In this document: positions 37,276 to 47,295 of the stretch, piece after piece
Layout: every line of letters begins with the position of its first letter
Numbering within the stretch: position 1 is the stretch's first letter
NCBI GenBank assembly: GCA_934133175.1
Contig: CAKPAX010000005.1
Coordinates: 4,450-68,449, forward strand
From: an uncultured Clostridia bacterium
Lineage (GTDB): Bacteria > Bacillota > Clostridia > TANB77 > CAG-508
Length of the DNA stretch: 64,000 nt
Reading direction: 5' to 3'
Notes under the pieces: generated by a model
Seen by the model: the letters and a program-made list of their open reading frames with translations, nothing else
Database searches by the model: none
Told to the model about the DNA's origin: nothing
Position numbers and translations under genes: made by a program

Positions 37276-37863
37276 TTAGTAATAATTTAAAGGATTTACA
37301 TAGTTATTATTAACTCGAATTCCAAAATGAAGATGTGGACCAGTTGTTGCTCCATTTGTAGGATTACCATTTGAATCTTTATAAGTATTTCCGGGAACTC
37401 CATATACATTTTTGGGACCAACTTCACCTATAATTTGTCCCTTTTTTACTTTATCACCAACTTTTACAATATAATTAGGTGAACAATGACAATAAGATAT
37501 TTTCATGTTTCCGGTAGTAATTGTAATAGTATAACCACCACCACCTAAAAAGTTTGTAAATGTAACATCTGCATCTGTGACAGCAATGAATTTGCTACCC
37601 TGTGGAGCACCAATATCAATTCCTTTATGTATAGTAGAAGCACCGGAAGTAGGAGCATTTCTTTTACCAAAATATGAATTGATTCGAGTATAACCAGGAG
37701 CTGGCCAAAGAAAACCATCTGTGGAATCAAAGTCAATTATTTGATTAAATTCGTTTGAATTAAAGGATTCACTATTATTAAATATAGGAATAAAAAAGAC
37801 GCAAACAATTATTGAAAAAACAATAATAAAAATAAAGATTTTTTGAATAAATATCACCTCCAA
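37276..37863 (-). CDS. M23 family metallopeptidase (LytM-type)
   Basis: HKGIDIGAPQGSKF and GPHLHFGIRVNNNYVNPLNYY motifs, with an N-terminal signal anchor. The exact start is uncertain: the only RBS-like ggaggtg lies inside the first codons of the tracked ORF. Confidence 0.8.
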   Translation of the reverse strand: MEVIFIQKIFIFIIVFSIIVCVFFIPIFNNSESFNSNEFNQIIDFDSTDGFLWPAPGYTRINSYFGKRNAPTSGASTIHKGIDIGAPQGSKFIAVTDADVTFTNFLGGGGYTITITTGNMKISYCHCSPNYIVKVGDKVKKGQIIGEVGPKNVYGVPGNTYKDSNGNPTNGATTGPHLHFGIRVNNNYVNPLNYY

Positions 37864-37932
37864 AATTAAAAATATAGATAAGAATAAAAAAGAGATTATC
37901 TAGAAGATAACCCCTTTTGTAAAAATGATTGC

Positions 37933-38007
37933 TGGCAGGGGTAGAAGGATTCGAACCCTCACAGGCGGTTTTGGAGACCGATGTGCTACCATTGACACTA
38001 TACCCCT
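37933..38007 (-). tRNA. tRNA-Trp (anticodon CCA)
   Basis: Minus-strand sequence AGGGGTATAGTGTCAATGGTAGCACATCGGTCTCCAAAACCGCCTGTGAGGGTTCGAATCCTTCTACCCCTGCCA folds as a cloverleaf. The acceptor stem is AGGGGTA/TACCCCT, the T arm is GAGGG-TTCGAAT-CCTTC, and the anticodon loop is CU-CCA-AA. The CCA end is encoded. Confidence 0.88.
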
Positions 38008-38110
38008 ATAAAATTTAACAACATAAATATATTAGCATATATTTTTTGATTTGGCAATAATTTTTGTAAAAAATATTGACATTTCTGAGTAAAGATAATA
38101 AAATATATGT

Positions 38111-38322
38111 TAAATATAAGTTGCGTAGAAGAAGAAAAAATACTATTAAATTTATTTTTAGAGAATTGGTGATGGTGAAATACCAGTAATAAATTAGTAT
38201 GGGGAGCTTTGGAGCAACATTTAAATTAAGGTGCTTAGTTTTTTTAAAACTAAGAATTAGGGTGGAAACGCGGAAATAGAACTTTCGTCCCTAGCAAAAG
38301 TGCTAGGTATGAAAGTTTTTTT
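38111..38322 (+). promoter_or_regulatory. T-box riboswitch leader (glycine specifier) of glyQS
   Basis: A TTGACA-17-TAAAAT promoter lies at 38076-38104. Stem I has a GA/K-turn-like start (ttgcgtagaagaag), an AGAGA box (38160-38164) and a GGTGA distal loop. The specifier region ...AGUAUGGGGAGCUUUGGAGCAAC contains Gly codons. The T-box sequence is aattagggtggaaacgcgg (38255-38273). The terminator at 38280-38322 ends in T7. Confidence 0.85.
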
Positions 38323-38408
38323 GATTATTATAGTAAAATTTTTTAAACTTTTTATAATATAAATACTTTGCACAGGAAATTTCATAAAACAAAAAAGGAG
38401 GAATTTTT

Positions 38409-39791
38409 ATGTTAAAATCAATGGACACTTTGGTTTCACTTTGTAAAAATAGGGGGTATATATATCCGGGATCTGAGATATATGGAGGATTAGCTAATTC
38501 TTGGGATTATGGACCTTTAGGAAATGAATTAAAAAATAATATTAAAAATTTATGGAGAAAAAAATTTATTCAAGAACAAAAAGATATAGTAGGATTAGAT
38601 GCTGCAATTATAATGAATCCAGAAACTTGGGTAGCATCAGGACATGTTGGTGGATTTTCAGATCCATTAATAGATTGTAAGGAATGTAAAACAAGACATA
38701 GAGCAGATAAATTAATTGAAGAATGGGCACATGATCAAGGAAAAGATATGATAGCAGATGGTATGACATCAGAAGAGTTAATTAATTTTATAAATGAAAA
38801 CAAAATTCCTTGTCCAAAATGTGGAAAAACAAATTTTACAGATATAAGAAAATTTAATTTAATGTTTAAAACATTTCAAGGAGTTACAGAAGATAAAACA
38901 TCTGAGTTGTATTTAAGACCAGAAACAGCTCAGGGTATATTTGTTGATTTTAAAAATGTTTTAAGAACATCAAGAAAGAAAATGCCAATGGGTATAGCTC
39001 AAATAGGAAAAGCATTTAGAAATGAAATAACACCTGGAAACTTTACATTTAGAACAAGAGAATTTGAGCAGATGGAATTAGAATTCTTCTGTAAACCAGG
39101 AACAGATTTAGAATGGCATAAATATTGGAAAGATTATTGTAAAAATTGGTTACTAGATTTAGGAATAAAAGAAGAAAATATTCGTTTAAGAGATCATTCG
39201 CCAGAAGAATTAGTATTTTATAGTGCTGCAACAACAGATATAGAATTTGCATTCCCGTTTGGATGGGGAGAATTATGGGGAATTGCTGATAGAACAAATT
39301 ACGATTTAACACAACATATGGAACATTCTAAACAAGATTTAACATACCAAGATCCAGAAACAAACGAAAAATATATACCATATGTTATAGAACCATCTTT
39401 AGGTGCAGATAGAGTTGCATTAGCATTTTTATGTAATGCATATGATGAAGAAGAAATTTCAGAAGGTGATGTAAGAACAGTTTTACATTTACATCCAGCA
39501 CTAGCACCATATAAAGTTGCTGTATTACCACTTTCTAAGAAATTATCAGAAAAAGCAGAAGAAGTATATTCAAAACTTTCTAAAAAATTTATGTGCGACT
39601 ATGATGAAGCTGGAAGTATAGGAAAACGTTACAGAAGAGAAGATGAAATAGGAACACCATATTGTGTAACTGTTGATTTTGATACATTAGAAGATAATTG
39701 TGTAACAATAAGAGATAGAGATACAATGGAACAAATAAGATTAAATATTGACGAATTAGAAAAATGGATAAATGAAAGAATAGAATTCTAA
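38409..39791 (+). CDS. glyQS: glycine--tRNA ligase (dimeric class II type)
   Basis: 460 aa. [49 protein letters not shown] and GADRV motifs are typical of GlyQS. Confidence 0.95.
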   Translation: MLKSMDTLVSLCKNRGYIYPGSEIYGGLANSWDYGPLGNELKNNIKNLWRKKFIQEQKDIVGLDAAIIMNPETWVASGHVGGFSDPLIDCKECKTRHRADKLIEEWAHDQGKDMIADGMTSEELINFINENKIPCPKCGKTNFTDIRKFNLMFKTFQGVTEDKTSELYLRPETAQGIFVDFKNVLRTSRKKMPMGIAQIGKAFRNEITPGNFTFRTREFEQMELEFFCKPGTDLEWHKYWKDYCKNWLLDLGIKEENIRLRDHSPEELVFYSAATTDIEFAFPFGWGELWGIADRTNYDLTQHMEHSKQDLTYQDPETNEKYIPYVIEPSLGADRVALAFLCNAYDEEEISEGDVRTVLHLHPALAPYKVAVLPLSKKLSEKAEEVYSKLSKKFMCDYDEAGSIGKRYRREDEIGTPYCVTVDFDTLEDNCVTIRDRDTMEQIRLNIDELEKWINERIEF

Positions 39792-39866
39792 TCAAGTATT
39801 TACTAGACTTTCAGTCATTTATATGATAAAATATATTATATATAATTTTATGAAAGGAGAAAGATT

Positions 39867-40121
39867 GTGATAATTACTCCAACATTTTACAGAGTCTTTA
39901 GAATCATAGAAAAAGGTAAACAGGATAAAGTCAAAACATTTTTTTATGATAATAAAGGAGAGTTGCTTTGTTCAGGAGAATTTTACAATCTGTCTCCTGA
40001 AGAATTTGATGATCTAAAAAATTTTTTAGATTGTCTAATAAAAATTAACAATACAAATGAAACCTCATTGGTTTTTGGTATTGTTGAATTGCAACATTTA
40101 TTGGAGAAGTGGTCTAAATAA
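39867..40121 (+). CDS. hypothetical 84-aa protein
   Basis: GTG start 4 nt after an aaaggagaaag RBS, with its own terminator hairpin (gaagtggtc...ggccacttc). No recognisable family. Confidence 0.45.
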   Translation: MIITPTFYRVFRIIEKGKQDKVKTFFYDNKGELLCSGEFYNLSPEEFDDLKNFLDCLIKINNTNETSLVFGIVELQHLLEKWSK

Positions 40122-40158
40122 GGCCACTTCTTTAAATTGGTAATAATTTAAAAAGCTT

Positions 40159-40335
40159 CTATAAATTTTTTTCATATAAATCTTTTATAAACACATTTTG
40201 TTCTTCAAAATTATCTACAAATCCAACTTTAGCCACATTGTTATTTATTCCTTGAATCCATACAAGTCTGTTGTCGAAAAAAACATCACATTTTTCTTTA
40301 TTATTTAAAATATTGTTAATTCTTTGTAATTCCAT
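40159..40335 (-). CDS. H-type small acid-soluble spore protein (SspH-like), 58 aa, not in the ORF track
   Basis: An aaggagg RBS lies 7 nt before the ATG at 40335. The translation MELQRINNILNNKEKCDVFFDNRLVWIQGINNNVAKVGFVDNFEEQNVFIKDLYEKNL follows the SspH pattern (M..QR..EI......I.V.Y.g..VwI..v.......V.........V.v..L.E). Confidence 0.6.
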   Translation of the reverse strand: MELQRINNILNNKEKCDVFFDNRLVWIQGINNNVAKVGFVDNFEEQNVFIKDLYEKNL

Positions 40336-40470
40336 AATAAAACCTCCTTATAGCTTGTCAATTTAATATAATTATATCCATATAATATAAAAATATAACT
40401 AAAAATTGACTTATGATTATTTATAATATAAAATAATAATGTAAAAAACTAAAGAAAGAGGAAGGTAAAA

Positions 40471-42111
40471 ATGATTATAAAAAACAAAAAGAAAAAAATT
40501 GAATTAAAAGAAGGAACTAAAATTTCAGTAGGGTTAAAAAAAGAAATAGAAAACAGTGAATATCAAGTAATTGCTGCTAAATTTAATAATGAATATAAAA
40601 ATTTACAAGATGAATTAAATGAAGATGGAACAATAGAATTAATAGATATTAGTTCTGCAGAAGGAATGAAAGTATATAAAAGAACACTTGTGTATATTAT
40701 GGGAAAAGCATTTGAAGAATGTTATCCAAAGGCTTTAATAACAGTTAATTACCAATTAAATAATGCAATGTTTTGTGATATAGATAATATGAAAGTTACA
40801 GATGAAATAGTAAAAACAATAAAAAATAAAATGAAAGAAATAATAGAAAAAGATTTAGAAATAAAAAAAGTTGTAATGACAAGAGAAAAAGCAAAGGAAT
40901 TTTATGAAGAAAAAAATACATCAAGAGGGAAATTACAACTTGATCTTAAAGATAATCAAGAAATATATATGTATTTTTGTGAAGATTATTTTAACTATTG
41001 TTATGGAACACTTGCCAATAAAACAAGTTGCACAAAGGTATTTGATATGGAAAAATACAGTGATGGATTTTTAATAAGATTCCCAAGCACAAGTAATCCA
41101 GATAAAGTTCCAAAATATCATGAAACAAAAAAATTGTCATGGGCATTAAACGAATATGATGATATACACAAATTATTAAATTTAAATACTGTATATAAGT
41201 TAAATAAAGCAATAAAAGAAAAAAAAATTCAAGATATAATAATGCTAGATGAAGCATTACATGAAAAGAAAATTGCCCAAATAGCAGATAATATAGTTAA
41301 AAATAGAAAAGTTAAAATGATATTAATTGCAGGACCATCATCTTCTGGAAAGACAACGTTTGCAAAGAGATTAGGTGTTCAATTAAGATTAAATGGATTA
41401 AAACCTGTTACAATTTCAGTTGATAATTATTTTGTAGAAAGAGATCAAAATCCTAAAGATGAAAATGGAGAATATGATTTTGAATGTCTAGAAGCTATAG
41501 ATTTAGATTTATTTAATGATCATTTATTAAAGTTGTTAAATGGTGAAGAAATTGATATGCCAGAATTTGACTTTGTTGTAGGAACCAAAAGATATAATGG
41601 TAAAAAAATGTCTTTAGCTAAAGACGAAGTACTTGTTATAGAAGGAATACATTGTTTAAATGATAAGTTAACAAGTAGAATACCTAAAGAACAAAAATAT
41701 AAAATTTATATAAGTGCATTAACTGTTTTAAAAATGGATTATTATAATAGAATTTCAACAACAGATACAAGATTAATAAGAAGAATTGCAAGAGATAATA
41801 AGTTTAGAGGATATTCTGCTAAGCACACTATTGCTACATGGCATAAAGTAAATAAAGGTGAAGTCTCTAATATATTCCCATTTCAAGAAGAAGCAGATAG
41901 TATATTTAATACCTCATTAATTTATGAATTGGCAGCATTAAAAGATGATGTTATGCCATTGTTAGAAGAAATTGATAATACAAATCCTGAATATGCAGAA
42001 GCGCAAAGATTAATAAATATGTTAAAATATTTTGAATCAATCCCTAAAAATAAAGTACCAATTAATTCATTGTTACGTGAATTCTTGGGTGGAAGTGTTT
42101 TTGGAGATTAG
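40471..42111 (+). CDS. uridine kinase / phosphoribulokinase family nucleoside kinase with an N-terminal TGS-like extension
   Basis: 546 aa. It has a Walker A motif (IAGPSSSGKTTFAKRL) in the C-terminal half and a long threonyl-tRNA-synthetase-like N-terminal region. Confidence 0.7.
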   Translation: MIIKNKKKKIELKEGTKISVGLKKEIENSEYQVIAAKFNNEYKNLQDELNEDGTIELIDISSAEGMKVYKRTLVYIMGKAFEECYPKALITVNYQLNNAMFCDIDNMKVTDEIVKTIKNKMKEIIEKDLEIKKVVMTREKAKEFYEEKNTSRGKLQLDLKDNQEIYMYFCEDYFNYCYGTLANKTSCTKVFDMEKYSDGFLIRFPSTSNPDKVPKYHETKKLSWALNEYDDIHKLLNLNTVYKLNKAIKEKKIQDIIMLDEALHEKKIAQIADNIVKNRKVKMILIAGPSSSGKTTFAKRLGVQLRLNGLKPVTISVDNYFVERDQNPKDENGEYDFECLEAIDLDLFNDHLLKLLNGEEIDMPEFDFVVGTKRYNGKKMSLAKDEVLVIEGIHCLNDKLTSRIPKEQKYKIYISALTVLKMDYYNRISTTDTRLIRRIARDNKFRGYSAKHTIATWHKVNKGEVSNIFPFQEEADSIFNTSLIYELAALKDDVMPLLEEIDNTNPEYAEAQRLINMLKYFESIPKNKVPINSLLREFLGGSVFGD

Positions 42112-42126
42112 AATGAAGGTTGAAAT

Positions 42127-42444
42127 ATGTTAAAAAATAGTAAATTTACAGAAATAGATGAAGAGTTTATTTGTCAAAATTGTGGAAAAAAAGTCTCAAA
42201 ATTAGGATATTCATGTAGAAATCATTGTCCATATTGTTTGCATTCAAAACATGTGGATGTAAATCCAGGTGATAGAGCAGAAGAATGCAAAGGAGATTTA
42301 GAACCAGTTGCATTAGAAATTGATAGTAAAAAAGGATATGTTATTGTATTTAAATGTAAAAAATGTGGAAAAATAAGAAAAAATAAAGCAGCTAAAGACG
42401 ATAATATGGATTTGATAATCGAATTAAGTTCTAAGCAAATATAA
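42127..42444 (+). CDS. RNHCP domain zinc-binding protein
   Basis: 105 aa containing the diagnostic motif string CQNCGKKV...CRNHCPYCLHSKHVD...FKCKKCGK. Confidence 0.75.
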   Translation: MLKNSKFTEIDEEFICQNCGKKVSKLGYSCRNHCPYCLHSKHVDVNPGDRAEECKGDLEPVALEIDSKKGYVIVFKCKKCGKIRKNKAAKDDNMDLIIELSSKQI

Positions 42445-42465
42445 GAATACAGAGGAGGAGATATT

Positions 42466-43278
42466 TTGAAAAATACAGAAGAATTAGAGAAAGTTGCTAA
42501 AGATGTTAGAAAAGGTATAATTGAAGAAGTATATAGAGCTGAATCTGGTCATCCAGGTGGCTCTTTGTCAATTGCAGATATATTAACAGTTTTATATTTT
42601 AATGTATTAAATATAGACCCTAAAAATTCTAAATGGGAAGATAGAGATAGATTTGTTTTGTCAAAAGGACATTGTTCACCAGCTCTTTATAGTGTTCTTG
42701 CAAATAGAGGATATTTTGATAAAGAATTATTAAAAACTTTTAGAAATTTAGAAAGTAATTTACAAGGACATCCTGATATGAATAAAGTACCAGGTGTTGA
42801 TATGACAACAGGTTCATTAGGACAGGGATTATCTGTTGCAAACGGTATGGCGATTGCTGGTAAATTGAATAATAAACAATATAGAGTATATTGTTTGTTA
42901 GGTGATGGTGAAATAGAAGAAGGACAAGTTTGGGAAGCGGCAATGACTGCTAATAAATATAAACTAGATAATTTATGTGTTATTGTTGATAATAATAATT
43001 TGCAAATAGATGGAACAATAGAAGAAGTAATGAGTTCATATCCAATAGATGAAAAATTTAAAAGCTTTGGGTTTCAAATAATAAATATTGATGGTCATAA
43101 TATTCAAGAAATAATTGATGCTTTTGATGTTGCAAAAAATGTTAAAGGAAAACCAACATGTATAATTGCCAAAACAATAAAAGGCAAAGGAGTATCCTTT
43201 ATGGAAAATAAAGCAGAATGGCATGGTAAGGCTCCGACAGAAGAACAGTATAATTTAGCAATAGAAGAATTAAATTAA
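42466..43278 (+). CDS. transketolase, N-terminal (TPP-binding) subunit
   Basis: 270 aa with GHPGGSLS, SKGHCSPALY and GDGEIEEGQVWEA motifs; a split-type transketolase. Confidence 0.92.
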   Translation: MKNTEELEKVAKDVRKGIIEEVYRAESGHPGGSLSIADILTVLYFNVLNIDPKNSKWEDRDRFVLSKGHCSPALYSVLANRGYFDKELLKTFRNLESNLQGHPDMNKVPGVDMTTGSLGQGLSVANGMAIAGKLNNKQYRVYCLLGDGEIEEGQVWEAAMTANKYKLDNLCVIVDNNNLQIDGTIEEVMSSYPIDEKFKSFGFQIINIDGHNIQEIIDAFDVAKNVKGKPTCIIAKTIKGKGVSFMENKAEWHGKAPTEEQYNLAIEELN

Positions 43279-43291
43279 AGGAGAATATTAT

Positions 43292-44218
43292 ATGAAAGAA
43301 GAGAAAAAGGCAACACGCCAAAGTTATGGAGAAGCTTTAGTAGAGCTTGGAAGAAAAAATAAAAATATAGTAGTTTTTGATGCAGATTTAGCTACTGCAA
43401 CAAAAACTGTAATGTTTGCAAAAGAATTTCCAGACAGATTTTTCGATATGGGAATTGCAGAACAAGATATGATATCAACAGCGGCAGGAATATCAACTTG
43501 TGGTAAAATACCATATGTAAGTACATTTGCAATGTTTGCAGCTGGAAGGGCATATGATCAAATAAGAAATAGTGTATGTTATCCAAAATTAAATGTAAAA
43601 ATATGTGCAACACATGCTGGAATAACTGTTGGAAAAGATGGAGCTACTCATCAAATGATTGAAGACTTATCATTAATGAGAACAATACCTAATATGACAG
43701 TAATGTGTACATCTGATGATATTCAAACAAAATGGGCAGTTGAAGAGATTTCTAAAGTGAATGGACCAGTTTATTTAAGATTATGCAGAACAGCATCAAA
43801 TGTAATATATGAAGAAAATCAAAAATTTGAAATGGGTAAGGCCGTACAAATTGGAAATGGTACAGATGGAACTGTTTTTGCTACAGGAATTACTGTTGCT
43901 GAAGCATTAAAAGCAAAAAAAGAATTAAAAAAATTAGGGATAGATATAAGAGTTGTAGATATACACACTATTAAACCAATTGATGAGGGTATTATTATAA
44001 AATCTGCAATAGAAACCCAAAAATTGATTTCAATAGAAGATCATAATATTATTGGAGGTTTAGGTTCAGCAATTTCTGAAGTTTTAACTACTAGATATCC
44101 AAAAAAACTTGAGAGAATAGGAATAGGAGATACTTTTGGAAAATCTGGAAGTTCAGATGAGTTAATGAGATATTTTGGAATAACTAGCGATAATATTATT
44201 GATAAATTTATAAATTAA
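43292..44218 (+). CDS. transketolase, C-terminal (pyrimidine-binding) subunit
   Basis: 308 aa containing FFDMGIAEQDMISTAAG, adjacent to the N-terminal subunit. Confidence 0.92.
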   Translation: MKEEKKATRQSYGEALVELGRKNKNIVVFDADLATATKTVMFAKEFPDRFFDMGIAEQDMISTAAGISTCGKIPYVSTFAMFAAGRAYDQIRNSVCYPKLNVKICATHAGITVGKDGATHQMIEDLSLMRTIPNMTVMCTSDDIQTKWAVEEISKVNGPVYLRLCRTASNVIYEENQKFEMGKAVQIGNGTDGTVFATGITVAEALKAKKELKKLGIDIRVVDIHTIKPIDEGIIIKSAIETQKLISIEDHNIIGGLGSAISEVLTTRYPKKLERIGIGDTFGKSGSSDELMRYFGITSDNIIDKFIN

Positions 44219-44228
44219 AGATACATTT

Positions 44229-44265
44229 AATCTTATTGTTAATAAATAGCAATAAGATTTTTTTC
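44229..44265 (+). terminator. terminator after the transketolase genes
   Basis: An AATCTTATTG / CAATAAGATT stem is followed by T7. Confidence 0.7.
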
Positions 44266-44476
44266 TATAATTTTATTAAAATTGATATTATTTTTTTGTG
44301 AAAATTGTGTGAATTTTACAAAACAAAGAAAAATAAAGAAAAAAGATAAAAAAGGCAAAAAAACCAACAATTTCTATCTTTTTTTTCATAATAAAGTATT
44401 GCAAAAAATATACATTATTGTTATGATATTGTTGAATAAAATTATATAGTTGACAATAGTTTAGTGAGGTATAAAG

Positions 44477-45163
44477 ATGATAGAATTTAGAAATGTAAGC
44501 AAGACTTATGATACAGGAACAAAGGCTGTGAAAAATGCTAATTTTGTTATAAATAAAGGAGAATTTGCATTTTTAGTAGGAACCTCAGGAAGTGGTAAGT
44601 CTACATTAATAAAACTAATATTAAAAGAAGAAGAACCAACATCAGGAAATATAATAATAAATGGTAAAGATACAACGTATTTAAAACAAAGTAGAATTCC
44701 ATATTTAAGAAGAAGTATGGGAGTTGTTTTTCAAGACTTTAGGCTATTACCAGATAAAACAGTATATGATAATGTTGCATATGCAATGTATATAGTAAGA
44801 GCAACGCCAAGACATATTAGAAGACAGGTTCCAATGGTACTTTCTTTAGTAGGACTAAGTGGAAAAGCTAAAATGTATCCAAACGAATTATCTGGTGGAG
44901 AGCAGCAAAGAGTAGCATTAGCAAGAGCGTTAGTTAATAATCCATCAATGCTTATTGCTGATGAACCAACAGGAAATTTAGATCCAGAAACAGCATGGGA
45001 TATTATGAACTTATTAAATGATATAAATATGAGAGGAACAACAGTTGTTGTTGCAACACACGCCAAAGATATAGTAGATAAAATGAAAAAAAGAGTTATA
45101 CATATTAATAAAGGCGAAATAGTAAGAGATGATAAAAAAGGCGGTTATGATTATGAAATATAA
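44477..45163 (+). CDS. ftsE: cell division ATP-binding protein FtsE
   Basis: 228 aa ABC ATPase with GTSGSGKST, LSGGEQQRVALARAL and LIADEPTGNLD motifs, directly upstream of ftsX. Confidence 0.92.
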   Translation: MIEFRNVSKTYDTGTKAVKNANFVINKGEFAFLVGTSGSGKSTLIKLILKEEEPTSGNIIINGKDTTYLKQSRIPYLRRSMGVVFQDFRLLPDKTVYDNVAYAMYIVRATPRHIRRQVPMVLSLVGLSGKAKMYPNELSGGEQQRVALARALVNNPSMLIADEPTGNLDPETAWDIMNLLNDINMRGTTVVVATHAKDIVDKMKKRVIHINKGEIVRDDKKGGYDYEI

Positions 45164-46052
45164 TATATTTACATATTTAATAGGAGAAGGATTTAAAAAC
45201 GTATTTAAAAACAAAAAATCAACAGCAGCATCATTAATGATTATGTGTGCAACAATGATTATATTTGGAGTGTTTTTTATAATAGGAGAAAACATAAACC
45301 ATTTTGTTAAAGAGGTAGAGGGAGCTCAAGGAATTCAAGTATTTATAAATACTGATGCAACAGATGAACAAATTAAAGAAATTGGAGAAAAGATAAGTGC
45401 ATTAGATGGAGTAAATACAGTAACATTTGTATCTAAAGAAGCAGGATTAGAACAAATGAAAGAAAAGTTTAAAGAAAAAGAATATTTATTAGATACATAT
45501 AAAGACAATAATATACTTCCAGATTCATATGTAGTAACTCTTACAGATTTAAATTTAAGTAGTCAAGTTCAAGAACAGATAAATCAAATGGAAAATATAA
45601 AAAGAATAACAAGTAGAGACGAAACTGTTAGTACATTAATAAATCTTGCAAATGGTGTAAGAATTATTACTGGTGTAATATTAATATTATTGGTTGTAAT
45701 ATCAGTATTTATAATTGCAAATACAATAAAACTTACAGTTCATGCTAGAAGAAAAGAGATATCTATTATGAAATATGTTGGTGCAACAAATAATTTTATT
45801 AGATGGCCATTTATAGTAGAAGGTATAATAATAGGTATTTTATCAGGTGCAATTTCGTTAACAATAGTTGGTGGAGGATATAATTTTATAGCAAATCAAA
45901 TAGTAAATTCTCAATTTATGAAAATAACTAATATGAGTTTAGTAGGATTTTCAGATATGTTTAATTTAATAGTAATAATATATTTGTTATTAGGAATAGG
46001 AATAGGTGTTTTAGGAAGTACTATTTCTATGAGAAAATATTTAAAAGTTTAA
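45153..46052 (+). CDS. ftsX: cell division permease-like protein FtsX
   Basis: 299 aa from the ATG at 45153, 9 nt after an aaggcgg RBS. The N-terminus MKYNIFTYLIGEGFKNVFKNK, a large extracellular loop and three C-terminal TM helices fit FtsX. It overlaps the ftsE stop. Confidence 0.88.
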   Translation: MKYNIFTYLIGEGFKNVFKNKKSTAASLMIMCATMIIFGVFFIIGENINHFVKEVEGAQGIQVFINTDATDEQIKEIGEKISALDGVNTVTFVSKEAGLEQMKEKFKEKEYLLDTYKDNNILPDSYVVTLTDLNLSSQVQEQINQMENIKRITSRDETVSTLINLANGVRIITGVILILLVVISVFIIANTIKLTVHARRKEISIMKYVGATNNFIRWPFIVEGIIIGILSGAISLTIVGGGYNFIANQIVNSQFMKITNMSLVGFSDMFNLIVIIYLLLGIGIGVLGSTISMRKYLKV

Positions 46053-46068
46053 AAAGGAGTGGAAACAC

Positions 46069-47271
46069 ATGCGTAAATTCTTATGTGTGGTTTTAGCTTT
46101 AATAATAAGTAGTATAGCTTTATTTTCATATGCAGAAAATGTGGATGAATTACAAACGAAATCTAATGAAATAAAAAATCAAATTAACCAGTCGAATGAA
46201 AAACTAGATGATGTAAAAAATGAATTGTCAGCAAATTTGCAACAAGTCCAAAAATTAGATGAAACGATAGAAAATGCAGAAAAACAATTAAATGAACTAA
46301 ACACAAAAATAGAAAATTTACAGAAAAATATTGACCAAATACAAGAAAAATTAAATAAAGTCCAAAAGGAATATGATAAACAAAAAAAGATGCTAGAAGA
46401 AAGATTGGTTTCTATATATGAAGAAGGAGATGTTCAGTATATAGATGTGTTACTTAGTTCTACTAGTTTATCAGATTTTTTGTCTAATTATTATTTAATA
46501 ACAGAATTAGCAACATATGATACACAGTTATTAAATGAAGTTGAAACACAAAAAAATATTATAGAAGAACAAAATAAAAAACTTAGTGAACAAAAAGAAC
46601 AAATGGCAGAAAATAAACAAACTCAATTGAAAACTTCTAAAGTATTACAGAATAATAAAACTTTAAGGGAACATTATATATCACAATTATCAGAACAAGA
46701 ACAAAAAATTCAAGGAGATATAGATGAATATAATAAACAATATAAAGAAATAGAAGCAGAAATTTTAATGTTATCTAAAAACGTTATAAGTGAAGAATAT
46801 ATTGGTGGAATTATGGCTTGGCCAATTCCGGGTTATACAAGAATTACATCACAATATGGAATGAGAACACACCCAATTACAGGTGTATATAAATTACATA
46901 CAGGTGTTGATGTTGGTGCACCAATAGGAGCGAATTTTATAGCAGCAAATGATGGAGTTGTTACAAAGGCTAGTTATAATGGAGCGTATGGAAATATGGT
47001 TATAATTGATCATGGAGGAGGAGTTTCAACATTATATGCTCATGGATCTGAAATAGTGGTACAAGCAGGCCAACAAGTAAAAAAAGGTGATGTTGTATTA
47101 AAAGTCGGATCAACAGGATATTCAACAGGAGCTCATGCACATTTTGAGGTAAGAATAAATGGACAACCAGTAAATCCGATGGATTATATAACTTCAACTA
47201 ATAAAAAAACAACAGATAGTACTTTAAGTCAAGAAAATAACACAATAGAAAATAATACAGTAAATAATTAA
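46069..47271 (+). CDS. coiled-coil M23 peptidoglycan hydrolase/activator (EnvC-like), paralog 1
   Basis: 400 aa. It has a signal peptide, about 230 aa of coiled coil, and an M23 domain (HTGVDVGAPIGANF, GAHAHFEVRINGQPVNP). Confidence 0.85.
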   Translation: MRKFLCVVLALIISSIALFSYAENVDELQTKSNEIKNQINQSNEKLDDVKNELSANLQQVQKLDETIENAEKQLNELNTKIENLQKNIDQIQEKLNKVQKEYDKQKKMLEERLVSIYEEGDVQYIDVLLSSTSLSDFLSNYYLITELATYDTQLLNEVETQKNIIEEQNKKLSEQKEQMAENKQTQLKTSKVLQNNKTLREHYISQLSEQEQKIQGDIDEYNKQYKEIEAEILMLSKNVISEEYIGGIMAWPIPGYTRITSQYGMRTHPITGVYKLHTGVDVGAPIGANFIAANDGVVTKASYNGAYGNMVIIDHGGGVSTLYAHGSEIVVQAGQQVKKGDVVLKVGSTGYSTGAHAHFEVRINGQPVNPMDYITSTNKKTTDSTLSQENNTIENNTVNN

Positions 47272-47295
47272 TTATGAAAATTATGGGAGGAAAAG

